From Candidatus Solincola quzhuomuensis (lineage in GTDB: Bacteria > Actinomycetota > Geothermincolia > Geothermincolales > RBG-13-55-18): a stretch of 64,000 bases of DNA. The notes under the pieces are model-generated. The model made no database searches. It was not told the DNA's origin and was given only the letters and a program-made list of their open reading frames with translations. The stretch lies in NCBI GenBank assembly GCA_015711855.1, contig JACVJF010000001.1, forward strand, positions 6,164-70,163. Direction: 5' to 3'. Shown here piece after piece: positions 20,040-30,560 of the stretch (within the stretch, counting starts at the first letter, position 1; every line of letters begins with the position of its first letter). The position numbers were made by a program, and so were the translations under genes.

Positions 20040-20928
20040 CTCCTAAAACATGCGCTTCCCAATGTTCTTAGCTTAACATGCGTTCCATCTCTGCGGCGTT
20101 CCAGCCGCAAAGCCAGGCTCCAGGCACCGCCGGCCAAGGCGCACAGCCGGAAATCGAAAAACCGATAGAGCGGGACGGCGGCGGGTATCACCTCCTTGGA
20201 TGACCGAATATCGGAGCTGGGCCCCCGGCTCGCCACCAATACCCCCTGGCACGGGGGCATCAGGGGCAGGCTCCCTCGCGTCCGACGGGACAGCATGCCT
20301 CGCCATAAGGAGACTTGGGCTGACGGGGTGGCCGCTGGCCGGGAAGACCGGAAATAGGCAGGCCGTGTCGGGTAGCCGAAACCGGTCGAGCGGAAAAATC
20401 AGGCGGACGACTTCGCGTCGCGAAGAGAAAACGGCCCGCGAATCTCCGTGCCTCTCATTGGCCCGCCTCCCCGCCTCTTCCACCCTTCGGGGGGGGAAGA
20501 CGCGATCGAAGCGCCGTGTTCAGGTGAACCCGGTTTGTAAGTTCGGCGAGGCCTCCGCCGAGAATACCGAGCGGGAGGCCCGTCACAAAGATCAAGGTCA
20601 CATCCCGAAAACAGGACGCGTAGGCTGCGGAGATCGTCTTCGCCAAGAAACGTGGGTATGCCCTTGAGCCTCGATCCCAGGTTCTCCCGGTTGAAGGCGC
20701 CCAAGATCATTCCCGGCATCGCTTGATCTAACGAGCAGGCGCGCCCGTGGATGGGTAAGTCTCGGTAGGAAGAAAACGAGATGGCGCCGACGGTAACGAC
20801 CCCGGAATCCGAGGCCGGCCTCTATGAGCCGGCTCAGGGAAAAGCTTTCGCTCTCCGGTTAAAGTTGAATTGCCGGTGCATAATAGGTATATTTTCAACT
20901 GCAAAAACGCGACGAGAGGTGATCGGAC

Positions 20929-21222
20929 ATGCCCACTTACGAGTACAAGTGCATCGAATGCAGCGACGTGTTCGAGACCATACACGGGATGAACGAGACG
21001 GTGGAAGCCTGCCCCAAGTGCGGGGGAAGGGTGCGCCGCCTCTTCCATCCCGTGGGGATCATCTTCAAGGGATCCGGCTTCTACAAGACCGACTCCCGCT
21101 CCGCGTCCGACAACGGCAAGGAGGGGTTCAGCCCCGAGAAAATGGAGAAAGAGCTGGAGAGGGTGGGAGAAAGTAAGGTCGGAGATAAGAAGGCGGAATC
21201 CACCGGCAAGGAAGACCTTTAA
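20929..21222 (+). CDS. FmdB family zinc-ribbon protein
   Basis: 'MPTYEYKCIECSDVFE...CPKCGG' CxxC...CxxC. Confidence 0.8.
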   Translation: MPTYEYKCIECSDVFETIHGMNETVEACPKCGGRVRRLFHPVGIIFKGSGFYKTDSRSASDNGKEGFSPEKMEKELERVGESKVGDKKAESTGKEDL

Positions 21223-21249
21223 CGAACGGCGGGGACCCGCGGGAAAGGG

Positions 21250-22086
21250 GTGATCATGAGGCTTCCGGAGGCCAAGATCGGCATTTTCGGCGGTTCCGGT
21301 TTCTATTCGCTGCTCAAAGGCGCCAAGAGTTACGCCGTGCACACGCCATACGGACCGCCGAGCGACCGCTTCACTGTGGGAGAGCTGGGCGGGGTCACCG
21401 TGGTCTTCCTCCCCCGGCACGGTCGCTATCACCAGTTTCCGCCCCACCGCATAAACTACCGCGCCAACGTCTACGGGATGCGCGAGTTCGGGGTGGAGCG
21501 CATCGTCTCTCCGGGCGCCTGCGGGTCCCTGCAAAGGGAGATACCGCCGGGCACCTTCGTCCTCTGCGACCAGTTCGTGGACCGTACCGGAAGGCAGGAA
21601 TGCACCTTTTACGACGGTCCGGCGGCGGTGCACATAAGCTGTGCTGAACCTTACTGCCCCCAGATGAGGGAAGTATGCCACAGGCTTGCAAGCGAGCTGG
21701 GAATCCCCTGCCGCAACGGAGGGACGGCGGTGATAATCAATGGGCCCCGGTTCAGCACCAAGGCGGAGAGCAAGTGGTATCATTCCCAGGGATGGGACGT
21801 GATCAACATGACCCAATACCCGGAGGTGGTGCTGGTACGGGAGTTGGGCATGTGCTACCTCAACATATCCCTGGTAACCGACTGGGACGTCTGGGTCGCC
21901 GACGAGGAGGGCATGAAGACGGTTACCGCCGAGGAGGTGGGCCGGGTGTTCCGCGAGAACAACGAGAGGCTCCTCGTCCTCCTGGAAAAGCTCATCCCCG
22001 AGCTCTCCAAGGGGCGTACCTGCCAGTGTGCCGACGTTCTCGACGAGGCCACCATAAGTCCTTTGGAGATCCAGGAAAGGGTGTGA
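21250..22086 (+). CDS. mtnP: S-methyl-5'-thioadenosine phosphorylase
   Basis: 'KIGIFGGSGFY', 'VVFLPRHGRYHQFPPHRINYRAN', 'GWDVINMTQYPE' MTAP family. Confidence 0.85.
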   Translation: MIMRLPEAKIGIFGGSGFYSLLKGAKSYAVHTPYGPPSDRFTVGELGGVTVVFLPRHGRYHQFPPHRINYRANVYGMREFGVERIVSPGACGSLQREIPPGTFVLCDQFVDRTGRQECTFYDGPAAVHISCAEPYCPQMREVCHRLASELGIPCRNGGTAVIINGPRFSTKAESKWYHSQGWDVINMTQYPEVVLVRELGMCYLNISLVTDWDVWVADEEGMKTVTAEEVGRVFRENNERLLVLLEKLIPELSKGRTCQCADVLDEATISPLEIQERV

Positions 22087-22099
22087 AAAGAGAAGGCTC

Positions 22100-23314
22100 G
22101 TGATTCCCCGAAAAGGACTGCGTATTGCCACGTTTCGCGGCATAGACGTCTTCCTCCACTGGAGCTGGTTCATAGTCTTCACCATCCTGCTCTGGGTGGT
22201 GTTGCAGTTCTTTCGGGACAACGTCTCCGCGTCGCCAGCCGCCTACGTGCCGATGGCCCTGGTGACCACCTTTCTCTTCTTCGCCTCCGTTCTGTCCCAC
22301 GAGATCTCCCACTCGCTGGTAGCCAACCGCAACGGTGTCCCCATCCATCGGATCACCCTCTTCGTCTTCGGGGGAGTGGCCCAGATGGGAAGGGAGGTCA
22401 CCTCCCCGGGCGTGGAGTTCAAGATGGCGGTGGCCGGACCGCTCTGTTCCTACCTGCTCGCCCTGACTTTCGGCGGTGCGGCCTACCTGGCCTTTGTCCT
22501 GGAGGCGGAGGTAATCTCCTTCGGCTTCGTGCTACTGGCGGCGGTCAACTTCGGCTTGGGCACGTTCAACCTCGTGCCCGGCTTTCCCCTGGACGGGGGG
22601 AGGATACTGCGTGCCCTGCTCTGGCACCACTGGGGAGACATGGAAAGGAGTACCCACGCGGCCAGCCGCCTGGGCGAGGCCGTGGGCGCCGCACTGGCCC
22701 TGATGGGCCTGGCCATGATCTTTGTGGATCTCTTCCTGGATCAGTACGACCTGGTCTTCGCCGGAACCTGGTTAATACTCATAGGCACTTTCCTCGTCCA
22801 GGCGGCGGCCAACGGCTTTCGCCAGGTGCGCCTGCGCAAGTACCTGGCGGACGTCAGGGTCGCCGATCTCCTCCGGACCGGAATCCCCGCCGTGGATTTC
22901 TCCACCACCCTTGAAGAGGCCTACCGTGTCCACTTGGAGAGGTCCCCGCAATCCATGCTGGCCGTGCTCCATCAAGGCAGGCTGGCCGGGGAGCTGGGCC
23001 TGCAGGACCTGAAGAAGATCAGGCGTTCCCTCTGGGAGGACACCTCGGTGGGCACCGTGGCCAGGCCGCTGAAATCCGGGCAGGTAACGACGCCCGGCCA
23101 ACCCCTCTTCGAGGCCCTGCACCTTCTGGAAAAAACCGGAAGGGGCTTCCTTTGGGTGGTGGATGAAGGGCGCCTCCTGGGGGTGATCCTGGCCGAGGAT
23201 GTCCGCAGGATGGCCACCGAAGCGCTTCGTCGGGGGAAAACCATCTTGTCCCGGAAAGAAGGGCGGCCGGGTCGCCGCGCCCTATCCGAGGCCAACGGAC
23301 CCGGTGAAGTATAA
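22100..23314 (+). CDS. site-2 protease (M50) family metalloprotease with C-terminal CBS pair
   Basis: multi-TM, 'HEISH' HExxH, 'FNLVPGFPLDGG' motif, two CBS-like segments. Confidence 0.8.
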   Translation: MIPRKGLRIATFRGIDVFLHWSWFIVFTILLWVVLQFFRDNVSASPAAYVPMALVTTFLFFASVLSHEISHSLVANRNGVPIHRITLFVFGGVAQMGREVTSPGVEFKMAVAGPLCSYLLALTFGGAAYLAFVLEAEVISFGFVLLAAVNFGLGTFNLVPGFPLDGGRILRALLWHHWGDMERSTHAASRLGEAVGAALALMGLAMIFVDLFLDQYDLVFAGTWLILIGTFLVQAAANGFRQVRLRKYLADVRVADLLRTGIPAVDFSTTLEEAYRVHLERSPQSMLAVLHQGRLAGELGLQDLKKIRRSLWEDTSVGTVARPLKSGQVTTPGQPLFEALHLLEKTGRGFLWVVDEGRLLGVILAEDVRRMATEALRRGKTILSRKEGRPGRRALSEANGPGEV

Positions 23315-23423
23315 TAGATTAGTTGGCCGGAGCAGGTTGCGGAAAACCGCAAGGGCTCCCGGCGGTTCACAAGAGCAGGGAGGAAAGGCAGAGGCTTTCC
23401 GGATTCGAGGAAGGAGCAGTCCC

Positions 23424-24470
23424 ATGAAAACACGCATAACCGAGCTTTTGGGCATCGAGCATCCTATCCTGCTCTCCGGCATGAGCTGGATAAGCGTGCC
23501 CAAGATGGTGGCCGCCGTATCCAACGCCGGAGGCCTGGGTCTTCTGGCCACCGGCGTCCTGGATACCGAGGAGACCAGGAAGGCGGTACGGGAGATACGC
23601 GAGCTCACCGACAAGCCTTTCGGCGCCAACGTTTCGCTTCTCTTCCCGGGAGCGGCTCAGAACGCCCAGGTGCTGCTGGAGGAGAAGGTGCCGGTCATCA
23701 ACTTCTCCCTGGGCAAAGGGGATTGGATCGTGCAGGCGGCCCACGAGTACGGAGGAAAGGTCCTGGCCACGGTGACCAACCTCCGCCACGCGCGTAGGGC
23801 TCAAGAATACGGATGTGACGCGGTCATCGCCACCGGCAACGAGGCCGCGGCGCATGGGGAGCAGGTGACCACCTTCTGCCTGGTGCCCAGCCTGGCTTCC
23901 GGCCTGGACATCCCGGTGATTGCCGCCGGGGGAGTGGGTGACGGCCGGGGGCTGGCCGCCGCCCTGGCCCTGGGGGCGGAAGGCGTGGCCATGGGCACGC
24001 GTTTCATGACCACCGTGGAAAGTCCCCTTCACGAGAACTACAAGCGTCTGTCCCTGGAAAAGGACGTCTACGACACCCTCTATTCCAAACGCTTCGACGG
24101 CCTTTGGTGTCGCGTGCTGGATACGGAGGGGGCGCGCAAGGCCATAAAGCGCGGCCTCAATCCCATACAGATGCTCAAGGCCATACCCAACTCCCGGGCC
24201 ATCGCCCAAATGCTCAAGCTCCCCTATTGGAAGCTCTTCGTGGGGGTTCTCGCCTCGGGCTGGAAGAACGCCAAGCAGCTGGCCTACATGGCCAATGCCT
24301 TCAAGCTCATCCGCATCGCCACCGAGGACGGCGACACGGTCAACGGAGTTCTCCCTGTGGGGCAGGTGACCGGGCTCCTGCACGACATCCCCACCGTGCA
24401 GGAGGTCATCGAGCGCACCGTCCGCGAGGCCGAAGAGATCATCCGGGAGCTGGGGAAGAAGGTGGGCTGA
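23424..24470 (+). CDS. nitronate monooxygenase / NPD-family FMN oxidoreductase (FabK-like)
   Basis: 'ILLSGMSWISVPKMVAAVSNAGGLG' and 'IAAGGVGDGRGLAAAL' NMO motifs; ATG with SD 'GGAAGGAG'. Confidence 0.8.
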   Translation: MKTRITELLGIEHPILLSGMSWISVPKMVAAVSNAGGLGLLATGVLDTEETRKAVREIRELTDKPFGANVSLLFPGAAQNAQVLLEEKVPVINFSLGKGDWIVQAAHEYGGKVLATVTNLRHARRAQEYGCDAVIATGNEAAAHGEQVTTFCLVPSLASGLDIPVIAAGGVGDGRGLAAALALGAEGVAMGTRFMTTVESPLHENYKRLSLEKDVYDTLYSKRFDGLWCRVLDTEGARKAIKRGLNPIQMLKAIPNSRAIAQMLKLPYWKLFVGVLASGWKNAKQLAYMANAFKLIRIATEDGDTVNGVLPVGQVTGLLHDIPTVQEVIERTVREAEEIIRELGKKVG

Positions 24471-24686
24471 GCCGGTCGAGAAACATCGGCGGGAAAAAAG
24501 TCCCACCTTCCTCGCTCGCCGTGGAGGCCCTCTCTCCGCAGGTGGTAGGGCTTACGGTAATCCTTTGCGCTCTGGAGCACTCTTCTTCTCCCGTGGCGAA
24601 CCGGAGGGGTCGGCTTCCACCGTTCAACCCCGTCGCGGACTCAAACCGGTCTTGTGTACAAGTTAACCATGTTATATAATATTTAC

Positions 24687-25523
24687 ATGACCGAGGAGTT
24701 GATACTTGAACTGGAAAAAGTCTCCACGGAGGAGGGTGGCCTGAGGGTTATCCATCTCGAGGACGTTCGCAGACTGGCCGCCAAGCACGATCTTTCTCCA
24801 CTTGATGTGGAAGTGTCCTCCCTGGAGGCGGGAATCGTGCCCGCCCGCTACCACCGCAATATGGGGACGGTCGGCATCGAGGGTCAACTGAAGCTGTTGC
24901 GCGCTTGCGTCGGCGTCTGCGGACTGGGGGGGCTGGGAGGTCATGCGGTGGAATTCCTGGCTCGCATGGGGGTGGGCCACCTCGTCCTCGCGGATGGCGA
25001 CCGCTTCGTGGAAAGCAATCTCAACCGCCAAGCCCTTTGCCGGGAGATAGACCTCGGCCGTTCCAAGGCGGAAAGGGCCAGGGAAAGGGTGTTGGCCGTC
25101 AATTCATCTTTAAAGGTGACCGCTCACCAGCGATTCCTGAGCGCGGAGGAAGTCCCGGAGATCTTTGCCGAAGCCCAAGCGGTGGTGGACGCCCTGGACA
25201 ACGTCCCTTCCCGACTGGCACTGCAGGAAGGCTGCGCCGAACTGGGTATACCCATGGTCCATGGAGCCATAGCCGGAAATGCCGGGCAGGTGATGACCGT
25301 ATACCCCGGCGACCCCGGCCTGAAAGCTCTCTACCTTGCTGGGGAGGAACGAGGGGTGGAAGTGGTGGAAGGGAACCCCTCCGCCTTGCCCGCCCTGATA
25401 GCAGCCCTTCAGGTCCAGGAGGTGGTGAAGATTATCTGCGGGGGAGAGACCATCCGTCACGGCTTCCTTTTCCTGGACACTTCTTCCAATATATTCCAAT
25501 TCATCCCCCTGCGGGAGGCCTGA
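24687..25523 (+). CDS. ThiF/MoeB/HesA-family E1-like adenylyltransferase with ~55-aa N-terminal extension
   Basis: 'VGVCGLGGLGGHAVEFLARMGVGHLVLADGDRFVESNLNRQ' Rossmann and Arg finger; TATAAT 7 nt upstream of ATG suggests leaderless transcript. Confidence 0.75.
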   Translation: MTEELILELEKVSTEEGGLRVIHLEDVRRLAAKHDLSPLDVEVSSLEAGIVPARYHRNMGTVGIEGQLKLLRACVGVCGLGGLGGHAVEFLARMGVGHLVLADGDRFVESNLNRQALCREIDLGRSKAERARERVLAVNSSLKVTAHQRFLSAEEVPEIFAEAQAVVDALDNVPSRLALQEGCAELGIPMVHGAIAGNAGQVMTVYPGDPGLKALYLAGEERGVEVVEGNPSALPALIAALQVQEVVKIICGGETIRHGFLFLDTSSNIFQFIPLREA

Positions 25524-25617
25524 CGCGAATCGATTAGGCCGAACCCTCGGCCGACCGTCCTTCGTGAGGCCGCTCACTCCGCAACCGCTTTCTGAACAAA
25601 CGGGGAAAGGAGGACGC

Positions 25618-26280
25618 ATGAGACTATCCGCCGTCCGTTCTTCGCGGGTTTATCTTGCCGGAGCCGTCGCCGCCTCTGCGTTGGCCGCGTTCATGATCTT
25701 CGCTTACTTAAGAAGTGTGAGTTCCCGTGCCGCTGCCGTAGGCGAGCTGGTCAAACTGGTCGTGGCGGAGAGGGACCTCTCGGCTGGAGAGGTCCTCGAT
25801 TCGTCTTCCCTCACCCTAGTGCCCTTTCCGGAACGGTGTCTCCTCGCCGGATGTCACACGGATACGAGCTCCTTGATCGGACAGACCCTCTCCCGTCCCC
25901 TCCGCCGGGGGGAACCCGTCCTGGACAGTGCCCTCGTCAGCTCGTCCGCCGGCGGAGAGGTCGCCGCTGCCCTGGACCCCGGGTTTCGAGCCTTTCCCCT
26001 GTCCGCCAACTCGGTTGCCTTTCCTCCAGAGAAGCTGGCACCGGGCTGCAGGGTGGACGTCATCATCGTGGAGGGCTCAACGGCGCGCCTAGCCGTGGAG
26101 AACGTCGAGGTGTTGGAGACGACCTCTCTTCCTCCCGAAAGCGGGGCCCTTGCCGGGAGCACCTGGTCCGCTGGGGGGTGTTTCCTCCTGGAGATCACCC
26201 CTGAAGAGGCCTGTCTGCTGGCCGCCGCAATCGAGGGCGGAAGGGTGGAGATATTGCTGCGTCCCCTCAGGGAACCCTAG
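25618..26280 (+). CDS. CpaB/RcpC-like Flp pilus assembly protein (SAF domain)
   Basis: N-terminal TM, SAF-like 'VVAERDLSAGEVLDSSSL', C-terminal RcpC-like region; SD 'GGAAAGGAGG'. Confidence 0.6.
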   Translation: MRLSAVRSSRVYLAGAVAASALAAFMIFAYLRSVSSRAAAVGELVKLVVAERDLSAGEVLDSSSLTLVPFPERCLLAGCHTDTSSLIGQTLSRPLRRGEPVLDSALVSSSAGGEVAAALDPGFRAFPLSANSVAFPPEKLAPGCRVDVIIVEGSTARLAVENVEVLETTSLPPESGALAGSTWSAGGCFLLEITPEEACLLAAAIEGGRVEILLRPLREP

Positions 26281-26491
26281 ATAGGAAGCGAGCGTTTCGG
26301 CGGGCAAACTCCGGCCTTCCCGCAGCATGATCGGCTCAGGGCAAAGGAAGGGACTTCTTCACCGCCGTCGTATGTCGGGGCACGCCGCCGTCGCCGAACC
26401 CGCATCGCTGAAAGCAGCATGCACGTATACGGTTAATATGCGAGGCCCGCAGGCCGATAAATCAATAACGAAAGAGCCGGAGGTCTGGAAT

Positions 26492-27961
26492 ATGAGCGAG
26501 CAGGGACACATCCTCCTGGCCGATGACAATAAGCTGGTAGTCAAAGTGACCGGTTCCATCCTGGAGGAAGCGGGCTACCGGGTCGACGTCGCCTGGGACG
26601 GGATAGAGGCGGCCGTGAAAGCCTTTTCCCTGCTGCCCGACCTCCTCATCCTGGACATAGAGATGCCCAAGATAAAGGGCTATCAGGTCTGCAGGCTCCT
26701 TAAGGAGGACCGCCTCACTTCTTGGATGCCCATTATCATGCTCACCGGCAGGGAGCACCAAACCGACATGTTCTGGGGCCTCAAGGCCGGAGCCGATGCC
26801 TATATAACCAAGGGCTTCAAGCCGGAACACCTCCTGGAGAAGGTGGAGGAACTCCTTTCCGACACGGAGAGGCACCGGGAGGCCAAGGAGCTCTCCCGCC
26901 GGCGCAGGAAGCAGGTGAGCGAGGACTATGTGATCAACAAGATAACCGATCTTCTGGACCGCAAGCTCTTCGAGACCACCATCCTCAACGACATCGCCTC
27001 CTTGGCCGGCTCGCTGCAAGATTTCTCGGAAACGGTAAGTTCCATATTCCAGATATTAGGGAAACTCTTCAGCTATCACCTGGGGTCGCTACTCCTCTTC
27101 GAGGAGAAGGAGCTCTATCTCTACCTGAACCGGCCCACAACGCCTCAGATGCTGGAGAACGTGGCCTCCCGCGTCCTGGAGGTCGCCTCGGGTTACGCCT
27201 GGCCCAGCAAAGAAAACCCCTCCGTAGCCAGGACCATCCTGGGGGAAGAGAACTTGGTGGGAACGGGCGCGGAGAAACCTCCGGAGCTGATCGACGTCCA
27301 CCTCCCTCTTGTGGCCCACAGGGTCCCCATCGGCCTCCTGTTTTTGGCCGGGCCTCCCACCCCCGCTTTCAGGCGCGACACCCCCAGCATCCTCAACCTG
27401 GTCTGCAACGAGCTGGTGATGATCGTGGACAACGCCCGCCTCTACGAGGACGCCAAGCGCATGGCCATAACCGACGGGCTCACCAAGATCTACAATCATC
27501 GCTTCTTCCAGGAACTGTTCGAGAAGGAGTTCAGGCGATCGCTCCGCTACAACACCACCTTTTCCCTCATCATGCTGGACATCGATTACTTCAAGAAGAT
27601 AAACGACACTTACGGGCACCTCTTCGGAGACGAGATACTCAAGGACATCGCCATGATCATCAAGGGTTGTCTCCGCGCCATGGACATCCTGGCCCGCTAC
27701 GGCGGAGAGGAGTTTGCCATCTTGCTTCCAGAAACGGACCTGGAGAGCGCGGTCCAGACGGCGGAGCGCATCCGCTTGGCCGTGGAGAACCACGACTTCG
27801 CCGACCCCGAAGGAAAACCCGTGCGGGTGACCGTGAGCCAAGGAGTGACCTCCTACCCCGCCCCCGGCGTGGAGGACCGTTCGGACATGGTGGCCAAGGC
27901 CGACGCCGCACTCTACGAGGCCAAGGAAGAGGGCAGGAACTGCGTCCGGTATCGACCGTAG
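26492..27961 (+). CDS. response regulator receiver-GAF-like-GGDEF diguanylate cyclase
   Basis: receiver 'ILLADDNKLV...LLILDIEMPKIKG', GGDEF 'RYGGEEFAILL', DxLT 'DGLTKIYNHRFF'. Confidence 0.85.
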   Translation: MSEQGHILLADDNKLVVKVTGSILEEAGYRVDVAWDGIEAAVKAFSLLPDLLILDIEMPKIKGYQVCRLLKEDRLTSWMPIIMLTGREHQTDMFWGLKAGADAYITKGFKPEHLLEKVEELLSDTERHREAKELSRRRRKQVSEDYVINKITDLLDRKLFETTILNDIASLAGSLQDFSETVSSIFQILGKLFSYHLGSLLLFEEKELYLYLNRPTTPQMLENVASRVLEVASGYAWPSKENPSVARTILGEENLVGTGAEKPPELIDVHLPLVAHRVPIGLLFLAGPPTPAFRRDTPSILNLVCNELVMIVDNARLYEDAKRMAITDGLTKIYNHRFFQELFEKEFRRSLRYNTTFSLIMLDIDYFKKINDTYGHLFGDEILKDIAMIIKGCLRAMDILARYGGEEFAILLPETDLESAVQTAERIRLAVENHDFADPEGKPVRVTVSQGVTSYPAPGVEDRSDMVAKADAALYEAKEEGRNCVRYRP

Positions 27962-28440
27962 AGCGGCGTGGGGTGGTTCACGCCGGCATGAGAAAAGAGC
28001 CGCACGCCTTCCCGAGTCCGTGAAGACCCAACTGGGGGAGTCAAACAGTTGGTATCCCGTAAAGGTCGAACTTTTCCGGATGCACCCCGGAGGAAAAAGG
28101 CGCCGTTTTCTACTTGGTTTTCTCCTTCCCGCAACCACCTATTCCGCATGAACTTCCGTCCCGAGAACCCGTGCCGCACCGACTGGATCCCTTGTTCGGA
28201 GGTGTCGAGCCGTGCCGAAAATTGTCGGTGCCCCCCGTTACCATTTGGTCGAGGTGATGAGCATGGATTACATGGATTACGAGGAGATACGGAAAAAGCT
28301 GGAGGCAGCATACGAACTTGCGCCGGACGCGGAATCCTTCCTTCGCCAGGTGCTCATCATCTGGGCGGAATACGGAATAATTCAAGGGGATTGGTCCTGC
28401 TCCCTGGCCGAGGCAGGCTGACGATCGGCACCACCTCCGC

Positions 28441-29844
28441 TCAGCCGTGCAGCAGTAGCCTCCACAGGTTCAGGGCGCTGTCGGCGGCCATCTCCGTGCC
28501 CACTCCCCGCCCCCCGGCATCCGCGCCCACGAGGTAAAGCCCTTCCACGGGAGTGGTGTGGGAAGGACGGTTCTTTCCAACTTGGTGCCGGTTCTGGGCC
28601 AAGCCTATGACCTCCCCCGTGGAACGTCCCGATATTTCCGCTATATAACGGGTGTCCGTCCTGATTTTCCAGACGATGTGCTTCTCGATATCCGGGAAAA
28701 GGTCCCGCATGGTGTTCTCGATGCGGTCGAGTATCTCCTCGCATAACGCAGCGGCCTGTTCGCGATCCTCGAGACCTTGAGGAGCTAAAGAGCCGGCCAA
28801 CACCAGCTGGCATCCGGGCGGCGCCAGAGATGGATCGGCAGCGGTAGGCACAGGGACGAAAATGGCTGCCTGCCTTTCCACCAACTCGGGGCGGTGGAAA
28901 TCCGGGAAATAACAGAACAGGTGAGGCTTGACCACTTCCGCGTCCAGCGCGTATTTCACGCTGACCGCGCCGAAAGACAGCCGAAGGTTGTCCACCCAGC
29001 CCAGGTAATCGTCGGGGAAGTTGTGCCTCCCGGCCAGAGCCACCGTTTCCTTGATGCCCGTGTTGCTTATGACGATATCGGCGGGTATGAAGCCCCCCGC
29101 CTCCACTCCGCGCACCTTCCCTCCCTCCACCACTATGCGCTCCACGGGTGTGGAGTAGCGGACCTCCCCGCCCATCTCCTCCAGAGCTTTGAGATATCCG
29201 CAGGGCACTGCCCGCATGCCCCCTATGGGATAGCATAGGTTCTTCTCCCTAGCTTGCCGGGAGAAGCACAGGATGAATTCCCCGGCGGACGCCGCACGCC
29301 TCGATATGCACATGTACATACCGGTAAAGGCGTCCAGCAACCGGTTCAGCTGCTCGTCGTTCACGAACCTCTCGCAGTATTCGGCGAAGGACATCTCGTC
29401 CAGTTCCTCGAGCTCCCGGGGCGATCTCTCTCTGGCCAGATCCTTGAATAGCGCCCTGGCTCCCTCGCGGTTCTCGGGAAGAACACCTATCTCCTCGAAG
29501 AGCCGCTCCAATACATCATCATCTTCCATATTTTGGTATAAAACGGCCGTGCGCCCCCCCGTGGTGAGCTGCATGCCGGGCTCCAGCGAGCGATAGCTTA
29601 TCTCCGCTCCCACCAGTGTTGCTATCTCGCCCAGCGGCCCCTTGTCTCCCCGGGAAAGCCAATGTACTCCGGTGTCGTATACGAAGCCCTGGCGCTCGAA
29701 GCTGGCTGCCTTACCTCCCGGGAAGGAGTTCTTTTCCAGGACCAGAACCTGCGCTCCTTCCCTGGCCAAAAGGGCCGAGACCCCGGACCCCCCGATGCCC
29801 GTCCCTATGACCACCACCTTCTTGCCGGACAACCCTCCCGTCAC
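28441..29844 (-). CDS. phytoene desaturase-family FAD-dependent oxidoreductase (CrtI-like)
   Basis: 'KKVVVIGTGIGGSGVSALLAREGAQVLVLEKN' dinucleotide fold, CrtI-like length. Confidence 0.75.
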   Translation of the reverse strand: MTGGLSGKKVVVIGTGIGGSGVSALLAREGAQVLVLEKNSFPGGKAASFERQGFVYDTGVHWLSRGDKGPLGEIATLVGAEISYRSLEPGMQLTTGGRTAVLYQNMEDDDVLERLFEEIGVLPENREGARALFKDLARERSPRELEELDEMSFAEYCERFVNDEQLNRLLDAFTGMYMCISRRAASAGEFILCFSRQAREKNLCYPIGGMRAVPCGYLKALEEMGGEVRYSTPVERIVVEGGKVRGVEAGGFIPADIVISNTGIKETVALAGRHNFPDDYLGWVDNLRLSFGAVSVKYALDAEVVKPHLFCYFPDFHRPELVERQAAIFVPVPTAADPSLAPPGCQLVLAGSLAPQGLEDREQAAALCEEILDRIENTMRDLFPDIEKHIVWKIRTDTRYIAEISGRSTGEVIGLAQNRHQVGKNRPSHTTPVEGLYLVGADAGGRGVGTEMAADSALNLWRLLLHG

Positions 29845-30560
29845 TTTATACCTCCTGGATCTCGCCTCTTTCCCCCCTGCTCGCTTAGCAAACCGGACCG
29901 GAGCCGCGCCGGCGAGAGACCTCCCCGCCCATTAAATAGTAGAAACCCAAGATACCTTTGGGACCGTCGAGAACCGGTCTCGACGTTTTCTACTCGGCAT
30001 CCTGGGTTCCTACCTACGTTCCGGACGCGCAAGTATAAATGCGCTTGGAAACAGATTTTCTCGCCAGCCAGTTGGAACGAGTTTATAATATCATCGCCCT
30101 TGCGGGTGTCAATAGGGTGGGGGGTAATTTTGGGGTACCATTTTTGAAAATACCATAATATACCAATTATGACCTATCGTCAGTAACTTGTGAGGCCGCA
30201 GGGTTTCGGACTGGTTCCGCCTGGCCTCTCCTTCTCGTGATTACGGCGACCTCGAGCGTGCCTCCATCTCGCTGGGGTGTCCACACCCGCCCAAGAACAG
30301 GGCTTGCCCAAGGGACCGCGAGCAAGATCCAGCCGGCAAAATGGAAGGGCGAGCGGGCGTGACGGGTCCCGCCGGAGCCTTTCCAGTTCTTCCCCCGCGA
30401 CCCTTCTGGTATGATATGTCCAACAACCAAACCGGCGGGATCGTGGACACGGTCATTTCTCAAGGTTACGGTCTCCTCGGTGTGACCTGTTCCTGTCTTA
30501 GCGAACCTCGGCGCGAGAGCGGCGAGGCAAAGCGTCGGAGAGGAAAAGGAGGTCGGCAAG

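Noticed and set aside
20728-22221. 497-aa ORF on - strand
   Set aside because: Overlaps the well-supported FmdB and MTAP genes on the + strand. Low-complexity shadow ORF.
23367-24506. 379-aa ORF on - strand
   Set aside because: Antisense to the nitronate monooxygenase gene. No motifs, His/Gly/Arg-rich.
28257-28421. 54-aa ORF 'MSMDYMDYEEIRKKLEAAYELAPDAESFLRQVLIIWAEYGIIQGDW...' with GAGGTGA SD
   Set aside because: Plausible small gene but no family match and it sits in a region of overlapping shadow ORFs. Confidence too low to list as a feature.
30100-30560. Lysine riboswitch upstream of dapA
   Set aside because: No recognisable L-box core. Only an AT-rich promoter-like stretch (TTGAAA...TATAAT-like) ~400 nt upstream, orientation and target unclear.
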